Assembly (NCBI RefSeq): GCF_000011805.1 | Contig: NC_006841.2 | Source: Aliivibrio fischeri ES114 | Lineage (GTDB): Bacteria; Pseudomonadota; Gammaproteobacteria; Enterobacterales; Vibrionaceae | Strand: one strand, 5' to 3' | Length of the DNA: 32,000 bases | In this document: piece by piece, positions 9,795 to 19,636 of the stretch | How the letters are laid out: each line of letters begins with the position of its first letter | How positions within the stretch are numbered: the stretch's first letter is position 1 | Program-made: the position numbers and the translations under genes | The notes under the pieces: generated by a model | Told to the model about the DNA's origin: nothing | Database searches by the model: none | The model's input: only the letters and a program-made list of their open reading frames with translations

Positions 9795-10595
9795 TTAACC
9801 TTGAAGTGAATCACGAAATTCTTTTGGGGTGATCCCTTTTACGGACTTAAAACTCGTACTAAAGTGTGCCGCTGTTTTAAAACCTGTGTCATAAGCGATT
9901 TCAGTGATGGTTTTTCGAGTCAGTCTTAGTTGTGTTGCCGCATAATTAATGCGTTTTACTTTAACCAAATGAGCAAAAGAAAGTTGATCTGATTGAAGTT
10001 TACGTTTTAATGTTGATGCAGACATCCCTAATTTGGGAGCAACCATATCAATGGTTAAATCTGCTGATATATGCTCTTCTACGTATCTTATCAGTTGCTG
10101 AGAAGTCGTTAATACCGATATTTTTTGGATAAAAGGAATCAGACACGGTTGTTTATTTACCATTTCACTAAGCAGCGCTAAGGTCAAAAACTCAAGAGTG
10201 TCGTTGTTGTCGTTATTAGCTAATTGTTCCTTTAGCAATTCGAGTAGTTTGACTACTGACGTATCATTAGCAGTAAAGATGAAGGTATCCGAATTACATG
10301 GAGCATGAGCAGGGGCATTACTGTAGGACAAAAATTTTTGAAATAAAGCAACGTCGATAACAACAGATTGTGCTTTAAAATTGTTGTTATCGTTTGTCAT
10401 TTTTATTTTTGAAATATCGCCAGAGCTATATAACAAAAAATCACCAGCATTAAGGGTAATATCGTCACCCGTTCTATCTCGGTAATGAAATTGACCAGAA
10501 GTTACAATGAAAATACCATTACGCTCAACAGGGTAGCGATCTGACTTTCTTCTGGTATGAGTATTAAACTCGTGTAACTGGACTGGAGACATCAT
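9795..10595 (-). CDS. AraC-family transcriptional regulator
   Basis: C-terminal two-HTH domain 'ISADLTIDMVAPKLGMSASTLKRKL...RINYAATQLRLTRKTITEIAYDTGFKTAAHFSTSFKSVKGITPKEFR'. Confidence 0.93.
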   Translation of the reverse strand: MMSPVQLHEFNTHTRRKSDRYPVERNGIFIVTSGQFHYRDRTGDDITLNAGDFLLYSSGDISKIKMTNDNNNFKAQSVVIDVALFQKFLSYSNAPAHAPCNSDTFIFTANDTSVVKLLELLKEQLANNDNNDTLEFLTLALLSEMVNKQPCLIPFIQKISVLTTSQQLIRYVEEHISADLTIDMVAPKLGMSASTLKRKLQSDQLSFAHLVKVKRINYAATQLRLTRKTITEIAYDTGFKTAAHFSTSFKSVKGITPKEFRDSLQG

Positions 10596-10721
10596 GATTT
10601 CCCTCTATTATCATTGAAAATTAGTGTAAACTTACTTATTGAAAAATCAAGAGTATTAGTTTGAAGTCTTGAAAAATGAATAGAAAATTAAGACTTACTT
10701 CAACCTACAGAATGGAATTAT

Positions 10722-12434
10722 ATGGGTAGCCCACGATTACGAAAGCAATTTGAAAAACTATATGGTCACTATCATCTATCGTCAGAAGGTGTTCAAATTG
10801 ACGATATTGCTGATCTGCTGTGTTGTACACGCCGTAATACCCGTATGGTTCTTAAAAAAATGTCTGAAGAAAAATGGATTGATTGGATCCCTGCGGTTGG
10901 TCGAGGCAAGAGTTCTGTTCTCGAATTCTTATCTACGCCTGATACGGTCTATCTCTCCCTTGCTCGACGTAATATTGAAGAAGGTAAACTAGACGTCGCA
11001 CTTGATATTTTGGATGGTAACCAAGACGCATTACTTGATTTGATTCATAAAGTATTGGGTGTATCTCATGAAAAGGGCAAACAAGTTGTTAAACTGCCAT
11101 ATTACCGCCAACTGAATCTATTAAAACCATCGTTAGCTATTCGTCGTTCAGAACAGCATTTAATGCAGCAAATTTTCAATGGGCTTACTCAGTGGAATAA
11201 AAATGGTGAAGTTGAAGCGGACATTGCTCACCATTGGGAAATGCTTTCACCTACACATTGGCGTTTTTATTTAAGACCAAGTATCTATTTTCATGATGGA
11301 AAGCCACTTACCTTTGAAGACATTAAAGAAACGTTTAATCATTTAAAAAATAATTATGTGTTTAGTCATATTGAAGAAATAGTTAGCCCAAACTTAAACA
11401 TAATCGATTTTGTATTGAATAAAGACGACTATTACTTTGATTCAAAATTAGCTCAATTTAACGCTAAATTAGTTCCAACGACCAGTCATGACAATCAAGA
11501 ACAACAGCGTTTACCAATTGGAAGTGGGCCTTATAAAGTTGCTGAAAATACAGATAAAAAATTAATCTTAGTTGCCAATGAGCAGTATTTTGGTTATCGA
11601 CCGCTTATCGATTCTGTGGAAGTATGGACATTACCTGAGATTGCACCTATTCAACTCAAGTTGGGGTTGGAAGTGTACGAAGGAAATGAACAATCTCTTG
11701 ATTCATATGGTGAAACTGTTGATGTAGATCGTGGTTGTAGCTACTTATTATTTAACCGGAAAAATGGCATCGCAAAAGATCAAAATTGGTTAAGTTATCT
11801 ATTAAATACGATCACACCGTTATTCTTATTGAATGAGCTTCAAAACTCATCCATGAATGGTATTGGATTGTTTAATGCATATGGATTATTACCTGGCTTT
11901 CAGCACTGTTTAAATCGAAATATAGCGCCATTTGAATTACCAGAAAGAGGGAGTGTCGTTCACTTAGGTTTTGAGAATGAACATCCGTTATACCCATTAC
12001 TAGGGAAGATCATAAAGCAGCGATTAGATAAAGATGGAATTATTTTAAAGATACATCAATTTGATACCCTAGATTTACTTGATTTAGATAAGGCTGCCAC
12101 CATTGATATTTGGCTACGAGGTATGAGCTTGGGGACTCAATGCCCAGAAGCATTATTATCTTGGTTATTTGCCTTTGATGAAATTGAACGTGCAATGCCT
12201 GAGAACGATTTTAAAACGGTGTCTGATATGATTGAAAAATGGCAATCAACGTCACAGTGTCACTTTCCAGTAAACGATATTTGTCGATTTTTGGTTGATT
12301 GTGGTCAAATTAATCCATTATTTCATGGTTGGATGGGAATAAGTGAAGACACAAATAACAGCATTCAAAATGCTTCATGCAATGGATTAGGCTGGTTTGA
12401 TTTTGAGAAGGTTTGGATTAAACCAACCTTATAA
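10722..12434 (+). CDS. SgrR-family transcriptional regulator with solute-binding-like C-terminal domain
   Basis: 570 aa; N-terminal 'LSSEGVQIDDIADLLCCTRRNTRMVLKKMSEEKWIDWIPAVGRGKSS', then SBP_bac_5-like 'HWEMLSPTHWRFYLRPSIYFHDGKPLTFEDIKETF'. Confidence 0.9.
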   Translation: MGSPRLRKQFEKLYGHYHLSSEGVQIDDIADLLCCTRRNTRMVLKKMSEEKWIDWIPAVGRGKSSVLEFLSTPDTVYLSLARRNIEEGKLDVALDILDGNQDALLDLIHKVLGVSHEKGKQVVKLPYYRQLNLLKPSLAIRRSEQHLMQQIFNGLTQWNKNGEVEADIAHHWEMLSPTHWRFYLRPSIYFHDGKPLTFEDIKETFNHLKNNYVFSHIEEIVSPNLNIIDFVLNKDDYYFDSKLAQFNAKLVPTTSHDNQEQQRLPIGSGPYKVAENTDKKLILVANEQYFGYRPLIDSVEVWTLPEIAPIQLKLGLEVYEGNEQSLDSYGETVDVDRGCSYLLFNRKNGIAKDQNWLSYLLNTITPLFLLNELQNSSMNGIGLFNAYGLLPGFQHCLNRNIAPFELPERGSVVHLGFENEHPLYPLLGKIIKQRLDKDGIILKIHQFDTLDLLDLDKAATIDIWLRGMSLGTQCPEALLSWLFAFDEIERAMPENDFKTVSDMIEKWQSTSQCHFPVNDICRFLVDCGQINPLFHGWMGISEDTNNSIQNASCNGLGWFDFEKVWIKPTL

Positions 12435-12481
12435 TAAGAATGCTTACCACCACGATATGATGCGTGGTGGCACTATGCATG

Positions 12482-13447
12482 TTATTTTTTGTAAAATGCG
12501 CGAATGGCTTGAGCTAGGTTAGCCTTAACTTCTTTTGTTATTGAACACGTATTTTCACAAGGAAGCGCTGCTAATAACTCTGAAACTAATCGGTCTGTTG
12601 GTTGAGGTGTTAAAGCTTGCCAGTCTTCAAGTAATGGACGATTGATATGTGAAGGCAAAGAACCCAGTGTTCCTACATCATTTTGATCGTGAACTAATAA
12701 GCCTGCCGTGGTTCCTTTGTCTAAGGTCAATACCTGATAGAAATAAAGTGTGTGGTAATTCAATTGAGTTTGTTTTTGTTCTTTGGTTATTTCATTTGTT
12801 TTCAGTAAGTGTGAGCTAAGAATATGCACATAAGTATCAATCACTTTTGTTGCAAATTGTTTTGTGAATAATTCGCCATTTTCGCCTTCCGGATTAAATC
12901 CTTCCAAATAAAAATGACTAACACCTCTGCGTTTTTTTAATGCTGGGATATCGAAATAGTGATTACCTGCCTTAGTTCCTTCTAAATAGTACGATTTTGC
13001 TGCAACTTTTACTGTTTGATCAAAGTATTCTTTGTCTTCTTTATCAAAGTGAGAAGGGTTCAAATCAGCCATGATTCGCCAATAACTAGTACCATCTTTT
13101 AATTCCGTTAAACTAAAATGCATATGAATCGATGGTGCGAGGGGGTTATTAGGGTGGATAATGGTAGAAAGAGCAGTAGCGCTGTTATAATGTTTGCTAG
13201 CATCGTCTTCGTATTGAATTTGTGAAACATTGATGGATGCTCGATTAAATATTCCACCATCAATGGCTTCAAAGCGCTCGCCACCACCATGACTTCCATT
13301 ATCTCTTAGCCACTCTACGGCTTTAAATTCGGTTGATTGTGATGTTAGACTGCTTGCTTTTAAAAGCTCAAATTTAAAATAAGATTGAATACTTCTGAGC
13401 AGTTGTAATGCACTTTGAGCATCGGGGTTTTTAGCATAAATCCGCAT
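12482..13447 (-). CDS. Divergent coproporphyrinogen III oxidase (HemF)-like protein
   Basis: 321 aa; 'GGGERFEAIDGGIFNRASINVSQIQYED', 'LSTIIHPNNPLAPSIHMHFSLTE', 'NYHTLYFYQVLTLDKGTTAGLLV', 'GSLPSHINRPLLEDW' follow the HemF motif order. Confidence 0.7.
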   Translation of the reverse strand: MRIYAKNPDAQSALQLLRSIQSYFKFELLKASSLTSQSTEFKAVEWLRDNGSHGGGERFEAIDGGIFNRASINVSQIQYEDDASKHYNSATALSTIIHPNNPLAPSIHMHFSLTELKDGTSYWRIMADLNPSHFDKEDKEYFDQTVKVAAKSYYLEGTKAGNHYFDIPALKKRRGVSHFYLEGFNPEGENGELFTKQFATKVIDTYVHILSSHLLKTNEITKEQKQTQLNYHTLYFYQVLTLDKGTTAGLLVHDQNDVGTLGSLPSHINRPLLEDWQALTPQPTDRLVSELLAALPCENTCSITKEVKANLAQAIRAFYKK

Positions 13448-13534
13448 AAAAAGACCTTAATAAACCAAGTAATATAGAAAAGGTTAAACACTTATTAATT
13501 GAGTGTAAAATAAAGCCTTTGTATATAGCAACCT

Positions 13535-13801
13535 ATGAAATGGAAAGAAATGGCGAAACCAAATAAGAAAGGCCCCATAAAAACCATTATGATCTTTTGT
13601 GCAAAATGTAGGGCACCTTTATATAAATATAGAAAAGGAGGTAAAGGTGCTTTAGTGAAGTGTTTTGTCGAGAGAATAGTTGAAGATCACACGAATAAAC
13701 AATGTGAATGTCCCAACTGTCAATCAACCTTTGCTAGAGAAACCCTTATTAGAGGTACTCCCGCATATAAAATGATAGGTGGTAAAGTCATGGCAAAGTA
13801 A
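13535..13801 (+). CDS. Small zinc-ribbon-like hypothetical protein
   Basis: 88 aa; 'CAKCRAPLYKYRKGGKGALVKC ... CECPNCQSTFARE' (CxxC...CxxC pairs). Start may be internal. Confidence 0.6.
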   Translation: MKWKEMAKPNKKGPIKTIMIFCAKCRAPLYKYRKGGKGALVKCFVERIVEDHTNKQCECPNCQSTFARETLIRGTPAYKMIGGKVMAK

Positions 13802-13932
13802 GACTTTGTCAATTTAAGCCCACTTTGAAGAAAAGATGAACAGTTGTAAAAATAAACTATTCGTATTCATTTGGAACTATAATATACTGATAACTTATGC
13901 TTTATTATATTTTTTTCTCTTAGGGGTTTACG

Positions 13933-15378
13933 TTGCTCAATAAGCGCTTTCTATTTTCGACTTTATTGCTATTAAGCTTCTCATCTCATGCAGATAGCTT
14001 AGCAACAAAGATCGATAATTTTAAAAAAGCATTTAAAAAGCAACAAGCTGTCGAAATATATGACATTCGCTTAATACAAAAAGAATATCCTACCGTATTA
14101 TTGTCACCTGATACTTTGTTACCTCAGACGGCCTCATATCCATTTAAGCAATTACAAAGACTGTACCGTAGTGCACAAACATGTACTGGACCTTGGCCTG
14201 TAAGTCCATTAGTGGGTGAGCCTCTTGTTTTGATCCGTGCAATGTGTCGAGGTATAAAATTACCAACAAGTTGGTTTGCACGATCAGGAATGATTCACCC
14301 TGGTGGTGGCTCTTATGCATATCGATATGTTCAATTACACCCAGATGCAAAAGAGCATTTGTCGCCGTATATGCATATAAAAGAAAGAGCTGTCGCTAGT
14401 GAAGGAACATTATTGCATCATTTACAAATGATGGATGATACAGCAATTAGAGCCATCATTAGTGGTTCAGATACTATCATTGCTGACGATTTATTGTGGC
14501 TACGTAAAGGCAGTCGTTATTATTTATACCCAACAGAGTTAAAGAATAAGTATTTAGAAAATTACCAACTTGAAGCGACCTTATTTAAGCAAGGGGCAAA
14601 TTGCTATGTAAGAAATGGTAATGTGTGTTGGCAAGATCAAACAGACTCCAAGACATTGTCTTATATTGTATTGTTTTTGGTGTTCATTAATGTCTGTTTG
14701 GCGATAGGTTGGGGTATCTCTCAGTGGAACGGTAAACGTAGAGAGATGAGAAGTCGAATGTTAGTCTTACAAATTCTAACACACGAATTGAGAACGCCAA
14801 TCGCAAGTTTGGGATTAACCGTTGAAGGGTTTCGACGACAGTTTGAAGCATTGCCGGAATCCTTGTACGATGAATTTAGACGTTTATGTGAAGATTCAAG
14901 GCGTTTACGTCAATTAGCTGAAGCAAGTAAAGATTATTTACAGTCGGATGATAAAGGGTTCTCAACAGATTGGATACCGTCTGTTGAAGAATGGCTCAGC
15001 TATCGTTGTTTGGAGTATACTCAACCAGTTGAATTTAAGATAAATAAAGATGCCTCAATAAAAGTTAATTTATATTGGTTAGGCAATTGTATAGATAATT
15101 TAGTTAGTAATGCTCATAAATACGGTGTACCACCAGTTATTTTGAACGTTACTGTAGAACAGAAAAAATTAAGAATTGAAGTCATTGATGGCGGACAATT
15201 AACAAAACGTGATTGGAAAGAATTAAAAACACCTTTTGTTAGTAAAGCAGGATTAGGCCTTGGTCTAACTATTGTTGAGTCAATGATTAAAAGAATGGGC
15301 GGAACCATGACTCTTCAGGGGCCACCAACGACATTTATATTGGAGATACCTTGTGAAACAGACAATCCTACTTGTTGA
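13933..15378 (+). CDS. vxrA: Sensor histidine kinase of the VxrA type
   Basis: 481 aa; periplasmic region, transmembrane segment, 'ILTHELRTPIASLG' H-box, 'GLGLTIVESMIKRMGG'; followed by VxrB-, VxrC-, YoaH- and TraF-like genes in the vxrABCDE order. Confidence 0.85.
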   Translation: MLNKRFLFSTLLLLSFSSHADSLATKIDNFKKAFKKQQAVEIYDIRLIQKEYPTVLLSPDTLLPQTASYPFKQLQRLYRSAQTCTGPWPVSPLVGEPLVLIRAMCRGIKLPTSWFARSGMIHPGGGSYAYRYVQLHPDAKEHLSPYMHIKERAVASEGTLLHHLQMMDDTAIRAIISGSDTIIADDLLWLRKGSRYYLYPTELKNKYLENYQLEATLFKQGANCYVRNGNVCWQDQTDSKTLSYIVLFLVFINVCLAIGWGISQWNGKRREMRSRMLVLQILTHELRTPIASLGLTVEGFRRQFEALPESLYDEFRRLCEDSRRLRQLAEASKDYLQSDDKGFSTDWIPSVEEWLSYRCLEYTQPVEFKINKDASIKVNLYWLGNCIDNLVSNAHKYGVPPVILNVTVEQKKLRIEVIDGGQLTKRDWKELKTPFVSKAGLGLGLTIVESMIKRMGGTMTLQGPPTTFILEIPCETDNPTC

Positions 15379-16009
15379 AGACGATAAAAATTTAGCGGAC
15401 GGACTGATTGTCAGCTTAGAAGAAGCGGGTTATCGCTGTTTACATTCTGAAAATGCGGCAAATGTATCTGGTCTTTGGAGCGAAGCAGATATTGTAATTC
15501 TTGACCGTCAGCTTCCTGAAGGCGACTCATTAACTTGGTTAAGCCAATGGAAACAAATAAAAGATGTTCCAGTTATTTTATTAACAGCTCTTGTTTCTGT
15601 TAGAGACAAAGTAACAGGTTTAGACTCAGGCGCTAATGATTATTTAACTAAGCCTTTTGCTGAAGCGGAATTGTTGGCTCGTTTACGTGCGCACTTACGT
15701 TCACCAGAAACCGATGAAGTAAAATCTAAATTGGTAGTGGGCAACCTAGCCATTGATACTTCTACTCGTGATGTGGTTAATTCAGGTGAGAACGTTACAT
15801 TAACTCGAACTGAGTTTGATCTTTTACTTTTCTTAGCATCAAACCTTGGAAAAGTGTTTACTCGTGATGAGCTCTTAGATCAAGTGTGGGGTTACAATCA
15901 TTTTCCTACAACACGTACGGTAGATACCCATATTCTTCAGTTACGTCAAAAGATTGTTGGAATAGAAATTGAAACATTGCGTGGCGTTGGCTACAAAATG
16001 AAAGCGTAA
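15353..16009 (+). CDS. vxrB: OmpR-family response regulator VxrB
   Basis: 218 aa; receiver domain 'ILLVEDDKNLADGL', 'DIVILDRQLPEGD', 'DYLTKPF', winged-helix C-terminus 'TRDELLDQVWGYNHFPTTRTVDTHILQLRQKI'; overlaps vxrA by 26 nt. Confidence 0.9.
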   Translation: MKQTILLVEDDKNLADGLIVSLEEAGYRCLHSENAANVSGLWSEADIVILDRQLPEGDSLTWLSQWKQIKDVPVILLTALVSVRDKVTGLDSGANDYLTKPFAEAELLARLRAHLRSPETDEVKSKLVVGNLAIDTSTRDVVNSGENVTLTRTEFDLLLFLASNLGKVFTRDELLDQVWGYNHFPTTRTVDTHILQLRQKIVGIEIETLRGVGYKMKA

Positions 16010-16013
16010 TTTT

Positions 16014-16922
16014 ATGATGTTTATGCGTAAGTTTTTCGTTTTTTGCTCATTAGTTTGTGCATCATACACATCTTTTGCAAATTCGGTGGATTGGTTCAAT
16101 GAGCAATCCGCATTGTATACTGCGCATAAGCAATTTTTAGAGGGTCATGCAAGAAAAGGCTTTGCCACTTCAATAGAAGTTTTGCAGAACTCGGCTAATG
16201 AGAATATCACCAATAATATAGATAAATTACTTAGCTCTGCTATTTCAGTAAACTGTGGGAGAGATTTATCTAATAAAGTAATACCGAACTGGTTAAAATC
16301 AGTAAGTGTACAACGTGTTATTATTCAAAGCCCGGGAAGGTTGCATCATCGATTAATTGTTAAGTTTGATACGAAAAAACCTATATCAAGTCTTTCATTT
16401 ATTAAATGGCCACAAGAAGAGCAACTCACTAACCCGTCAATTAAAACGACACCGACACAAGATGAAAGAATCACGCAATATACTTATGCCAGTGAGTCTT
16501 TGAATAATCGAATTCAAAATGGACTGTATAAGTTGATAATTATTGCGGATGATAAAGAAAAAACACAATGGGAATCATGGGTTGTTTTAACGACACCAAA
16601 AACAGAAATGCAAGTGGCGTGGTTAGGCAAAGATAAATGGAAAACGACACAAACAGGTTTACTTAAATCGAATTGTCCATTACCTGAAATGGCTGTTGGT
16701 ATTTATGACCATCAAGATAATGAGTATATAAAGTTATGGGAACAGACCTACGAAGAGAAGTTTCCTAAATCATTACCTTCGACAAATGTGTTACCAGGCA
16801 GCTATATTTTAAGTGTGTCGTTTAATCATAAAAGGTTTCAAGGACCGATTTCCATCCAAGAAATTCAGGCAATAACCAAAGTAATGAATTTTGGTTCAGA
16901 TGAAAATACAGAGAGTAAATAA
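16014..16922 (+). CDS. vxrC: VxrC-like periplasmic protein (DUF2861-like)
   Basis: 302 aa, N-terminal signal peptide, directly downstream of vxrB. Confidence 0.7.
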   Translation: MMFMRKFFVFCSLVCASYTSFANSVDWFNEQSALYTAHKQFLEGHARKGFATSIEVLQNSANENITNNIDKLLSSAISVNCGRDLSNKVIPNWLKSVSVQRVIIQSPGRLHHRLIVKFDTKKPISSLSFIKWPQEEQLTNPSIKTTPTQDERITQYTYASESLNNRIQNGLYKLIIIADDKEKTQWESWVVLTTPKTEMQVAWLGKDKWKTTQTGLLKSNCPLPEMAVGIYDHQDNEYIKLWEQTYEEKFPKSLPSTNVLPGSYILSVSFNHKRFQGPISIQEIQAITKVMNFGSDENTESK

Positions 16923-17083
16923 TGTTAGATTTACCAACATTAACCCATGAAGAACAGCAACAAGCAGTAGAGAAAATCCAAGAACTGATGCGCCAAGGCG
17001 TTGGTAGTGGAGAGGCCATTAAAATTATTTCAGACCAAATTAGAGCTGAAATTGCTGAGAAAGAGAAAAAAAACTCTAACTAA
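16922..17083 (+). CDS. vxrD: VxrD/YoaH-like (UPF0181) 53-aa protein
   Basis: Own translation (not in supplied track): [53 protein letters not shown]; start codon overlaps the vxrC stop (TAATG); resembles YoaH '[30 protein letters not shown]'. Confidence 0.88.
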   Translation: MLDLPTLTHEEQQQAVEKIQELMRQGVGSGEAIKIISDQIRAEIAEKEKKNSN

Positions 17084-17093
17084 TTATTATTTT

Positions 17094-17118
17094 AAAGCCG
17101 AGCTAACCCCTCGGCTTT
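17094..17118 (+). terminator. Rho-independent terminator between vxrD and vxrE
   Basis: AAAGCCGA...TCGGCTTTTTT. Confidence 0.8.
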
Positions 17119-17249
17119 TTTGTATGCATTAATATTTAAGCCAAATATCAAAAAGACATCACTAGTATCAATATTTTGATTTATTTCATTAAAGTTAACT
17201 TTTTCTATGTCGATAAGTAGAGAAGTGATTTTTTTAATGGGTTAATCAA

Positions 17250-18449
17250 ATGAAACAGTGGATAAAAATTGGCTTACTTTCGTGTGCGACGGTAGCTTCT
17301 TCTCAAGTATCAGCAACAAATTTCAGCGTTGATGGTCGAATTGATGCTATGGGTGGCGCTGGTACTGCAGCCGCTGACTATCTTACTGGTGTTTTTTATA
17401 ATCCAGCTTTAGTTGCAATATATAGTCGTAAAGATGATGCAGGTCTTTTATTACCGAGTGCCGGTCTACAAGTCATGGACCAAGGCGGTATGGTGGATGA
17501 TGTTGACCAAGTACAGAAAGGTTTTTCGAAAATACCATCTGACCCAACAGGTGCTGCAGCTGATATAGAAAACGGTCTAAGAAATTTAAATGGTGATGCT
17601 CTGAGCTTTAGTATGGGAGCTGGGATGGCTGTTGCTATTCCTAACCGTTATTTATCAATGGCATTTTATGGCAAAACTTCAGTTGAGGGCATTACGTTAC
17701 CTGATGTTGATGCGCTTGGTTTGCCGGCAGATCCAACTAAACCACTTCAACTTGCAGATACTACTGCGGTAGGTACTGTTGCTTTAGGCTTAGCAGAAGC
17801 GGGTGTTGCCTTTGCGGGTTACACAAATTTCCTAGGACAAAATATCACTATTGGTGTAACACCAAAAATTCAAAGTTACTTAACGTATACCTATGTAGAA
17901 GCTGTAAACAATTTTGACTTTAAAGACTTTGATAAAAACAAAACAACAGATAACTCATTCAATGTAGATGTTGGTGCAGTATGGTTTTACGGTCCTTGGC
18001 GTTTTGCTGCAGCAGGTAAAAACCTGATTAAAAATGAAATTGAAACCAAAGAAATCACCGTTAATTTTGCTGATAGTCAAACTCATGGTCGTAGTTACGG
18101 TAGCAAAACATATAAATATAACTATGAACTTACCCCGACTTATACTGCGGGCGTAGCATTCATGACTAACTACTTTATTGTTACTGCAGATTTAGACTTA
18201 AACGAACAAGAGCGTTTTGTTGGTTTAGATGATAATGTTCAAATGTTCAGAGCGGGTGCAGAAATCGATTTACTGTACCAAATTCAGCTACGTGGTGGAT
18301 TCAAAAAAGATCTTGCGGGTACTTATGATGACGCATTTACAGCAGGTATTGGTTTCTCGCCACTTAACATGTTCCATTTTGACTTAGCAGCGATTTACTC
18401 AGTAGATTCAACCTATGGTGTATCTGTGAACATGGCTTACGAATACTAG
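17250..18449 (+). CDS. vxrE: VxrE-like outer-membrane protein (TraF-like beta-barrel)
   Basis: 399 aa; signal peptide, 'FSVDGRIDAMGGAGTAAADYLTGVFYNPALVA', alternating beta strands. Confidence 0.8.
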   Translation: MKQWIKIGLLSCATVASSQVSATNFSVDGRIDAMGGAGTAAADYLTGVFYNPALVAIYSRKDDAGLLLPSAGLQVMDQGGMVDDVDQVQKGFSKIPSDPTGAAADIENGLRNLNGDALSFSMGAGMAVAIPNRYLSMAFYGKTSVEGITLPDVDALGLPADPTKPLQLADTTAVGTVALGLAEAGVAFAGYTNFLGQNITIGVTPKIQSYLTYTYVEAVNNFDFKDFDKNKTTDNSFNVDVGAVWFYGPWRFAAAGKNLIKNEIETKEITVNFADSQTHGRSYGSKTYKYNYELTPTYTAGVAFMTNYFIVTADLDLNEQERFVGLDDNVQMFRAGAEIDLLYQIQLRGGFKKDLAGTYDDAFTAGIGFSPLNMFHFDLAAIYSVDSTYGVSVNMAYEY

Positions 18450-18527
18450 ATAAAACGCCTTTTTAGTAGAAAAATGAGTAACCGCTTGTAATAATAGTGG
18501 TTACCTTACTTTAAAAAGATACAGATT

Positions 18528-19064
18528 ATGACTCAAAAAGCGAAAATCGGCATTGTAACCGTAAGTGATCGTGCAAGTGTTGGTATTTATGAAGATATTT
18601 CAGGACCAGCTATTATTGAAACACTAAACGATTATCTAACATCTGAGTGGGAACCTGTGTATGTGGTTATTCCAGATGAGCAGGATGTAATTGAAAAAAC
18701 ACTGATTGAATTAGCTGATGAAAAAAACTGTTGTTTAGTTGTTACGACAGGTGGTACAGGTCCAGCCAAGCGTGACGTCACTCCAGAAGCAACGGAAGCG
18801 GTATGTGACCGTATGATGCCAGGTTTTGGTGAATTAATGCGTGCAGAATCATTAAAGTTTGTGCCAACAGCTATTTTATCTCGTCAAACTGCGGGTTTAC
18901 GTAAAGATTCATTAATTGTAAATCTACCTGGTAAACCAAAATCAATTCGTGAATGTTTAGATGCGGTTTTTCCTGCAATTCCATATTGTATCGATCTAAT
19001 GGAAGGGCCATTTCTTGAGTGTAATGAAGAAGTGATTAAACCATTTAGACCAAAAGCAAAATAA
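18528..19064 (+). CDS. mogA: Molybdopterin adenylyltransferase MogA
   Basis: 'KIGIVTVSDRASVGIYEDISGPAI', 'VVTTGGTGPAKRDVTPEAT', 'GFGELMRAESLKFVPTAILSRQTAGLR', 'LIVNLPGKPKSI'. Confidence 0.94.
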   Translation: MTQKAKIGIVTVSDRASVGIYEDISGPAIIETLNDYLTSEWEPVYVVIPDEQDVIEKTLIELADEKNCCLVVTTGGTGPAKRDVTPEATEAVCDRMMPGFGELMRAESLKFVPTAILSRQTAGLRKDSLIVNLPGKPKSIRECLDAVFPAIPYCIDLMEGPFLECNEEVIKPFRPKAK

Positions 19065-19070
19065 CCAATA

Positions 19071-19097
19071 AAAAGCCAACGTAACTGTTGGCTTTTT
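19071..19097. terminator. Bidirectional terminator between mogA and a convergent small gene
   Basis: AAAAGCCAAC-GTAACT-GTTGGCTTTTT. Confidence 0.8.
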
Positions 19098-19320
19098 AAC
19101 ATCCTTTTTCTTTCCTTAATTTCTTTAGTGCCTTTTTCTCTTTTAATCTCTCTTTGTATTCCTTTCCCTCGCTAAAGCTAAGTAGCTTATTCACATGAGT
19201 TAATGTTCTATTTAATGTCTCACAACGTTTTGGTTGATGTTCTTTGTAGTATTTTTGAACTGATTTTGCTGATGATGGAAAAGCGCATAAAACAGCTAAA
19301 AAGAGAATGAGAGTTCGCAT
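19096..19320 (-). CDS. Small secreted basic protein
   Basis: 74 aa; signal peptide 'MRTLILFLAVLCAFPSSA' and Lys-rich C-terminus; convergent with mogA and shares its terminator. Confidence 0.65.
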   Translation of the reverse strand: MRTLILFLAVLCAFPSSAKSVQKYYKEHQPKRCETLNRTLTHVNKLLSFSEGKEYKERLKEKKALKKLRKEKGC

Positions 19321-19636
19321 ACGATCGCCTTATAAAATAAGAACTAGTATATAAGAAAGCGGTATAAAGTAAGTTTTCGTATCAAAAATTTCGAATGAAA
19401 ATAAACATTCAAAGTATGAATGGTAATTGATGAAGTTATAAGTGTTACTTGGATCACTTTGTCGATGATTTGTTTGCAATTGCTGAACCGTATAGAGTAT
19501 TTTTAGTTATACTCACCGAATACGATTAAGTTATATCTATTAATAATTTAATTAATACAATCCTGAAGATGTATATTCGATTAAATATCTTAGTTTCTAA
19601 AGTAATTAAATTGGTTTATGAGGAGAGTTAACGCGG

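Noticed and set aside
10596-10721. Possible SgrS-like small RNA beside the SgrR-type gene
   Set aside because: The spacer is only ~126 bp between divergent genes and contains no recognisable ptsG-pairing segment or terminator hairpin.
12447-12470. CCACCACG-N8-CGTGGTGG hairpin between sgrR-like and hemF-like genes
   Set aside because: Sits between convergent genes and is probably a shared terminator, though it lacks a U-run; not enough to call anything novel.
14144-14350. Antisense ORFs inside vxrA (also 15114-15308)
   Set aside because: Opposite to a convincing histidine kinase; composition typical of shadow frames.
17130-17180. ATCAAAA...TTTTGAT inverted repeat upstream of vxrE
   Set aside because: Short, AT-rich and widely spaced; likely chance in this composition.
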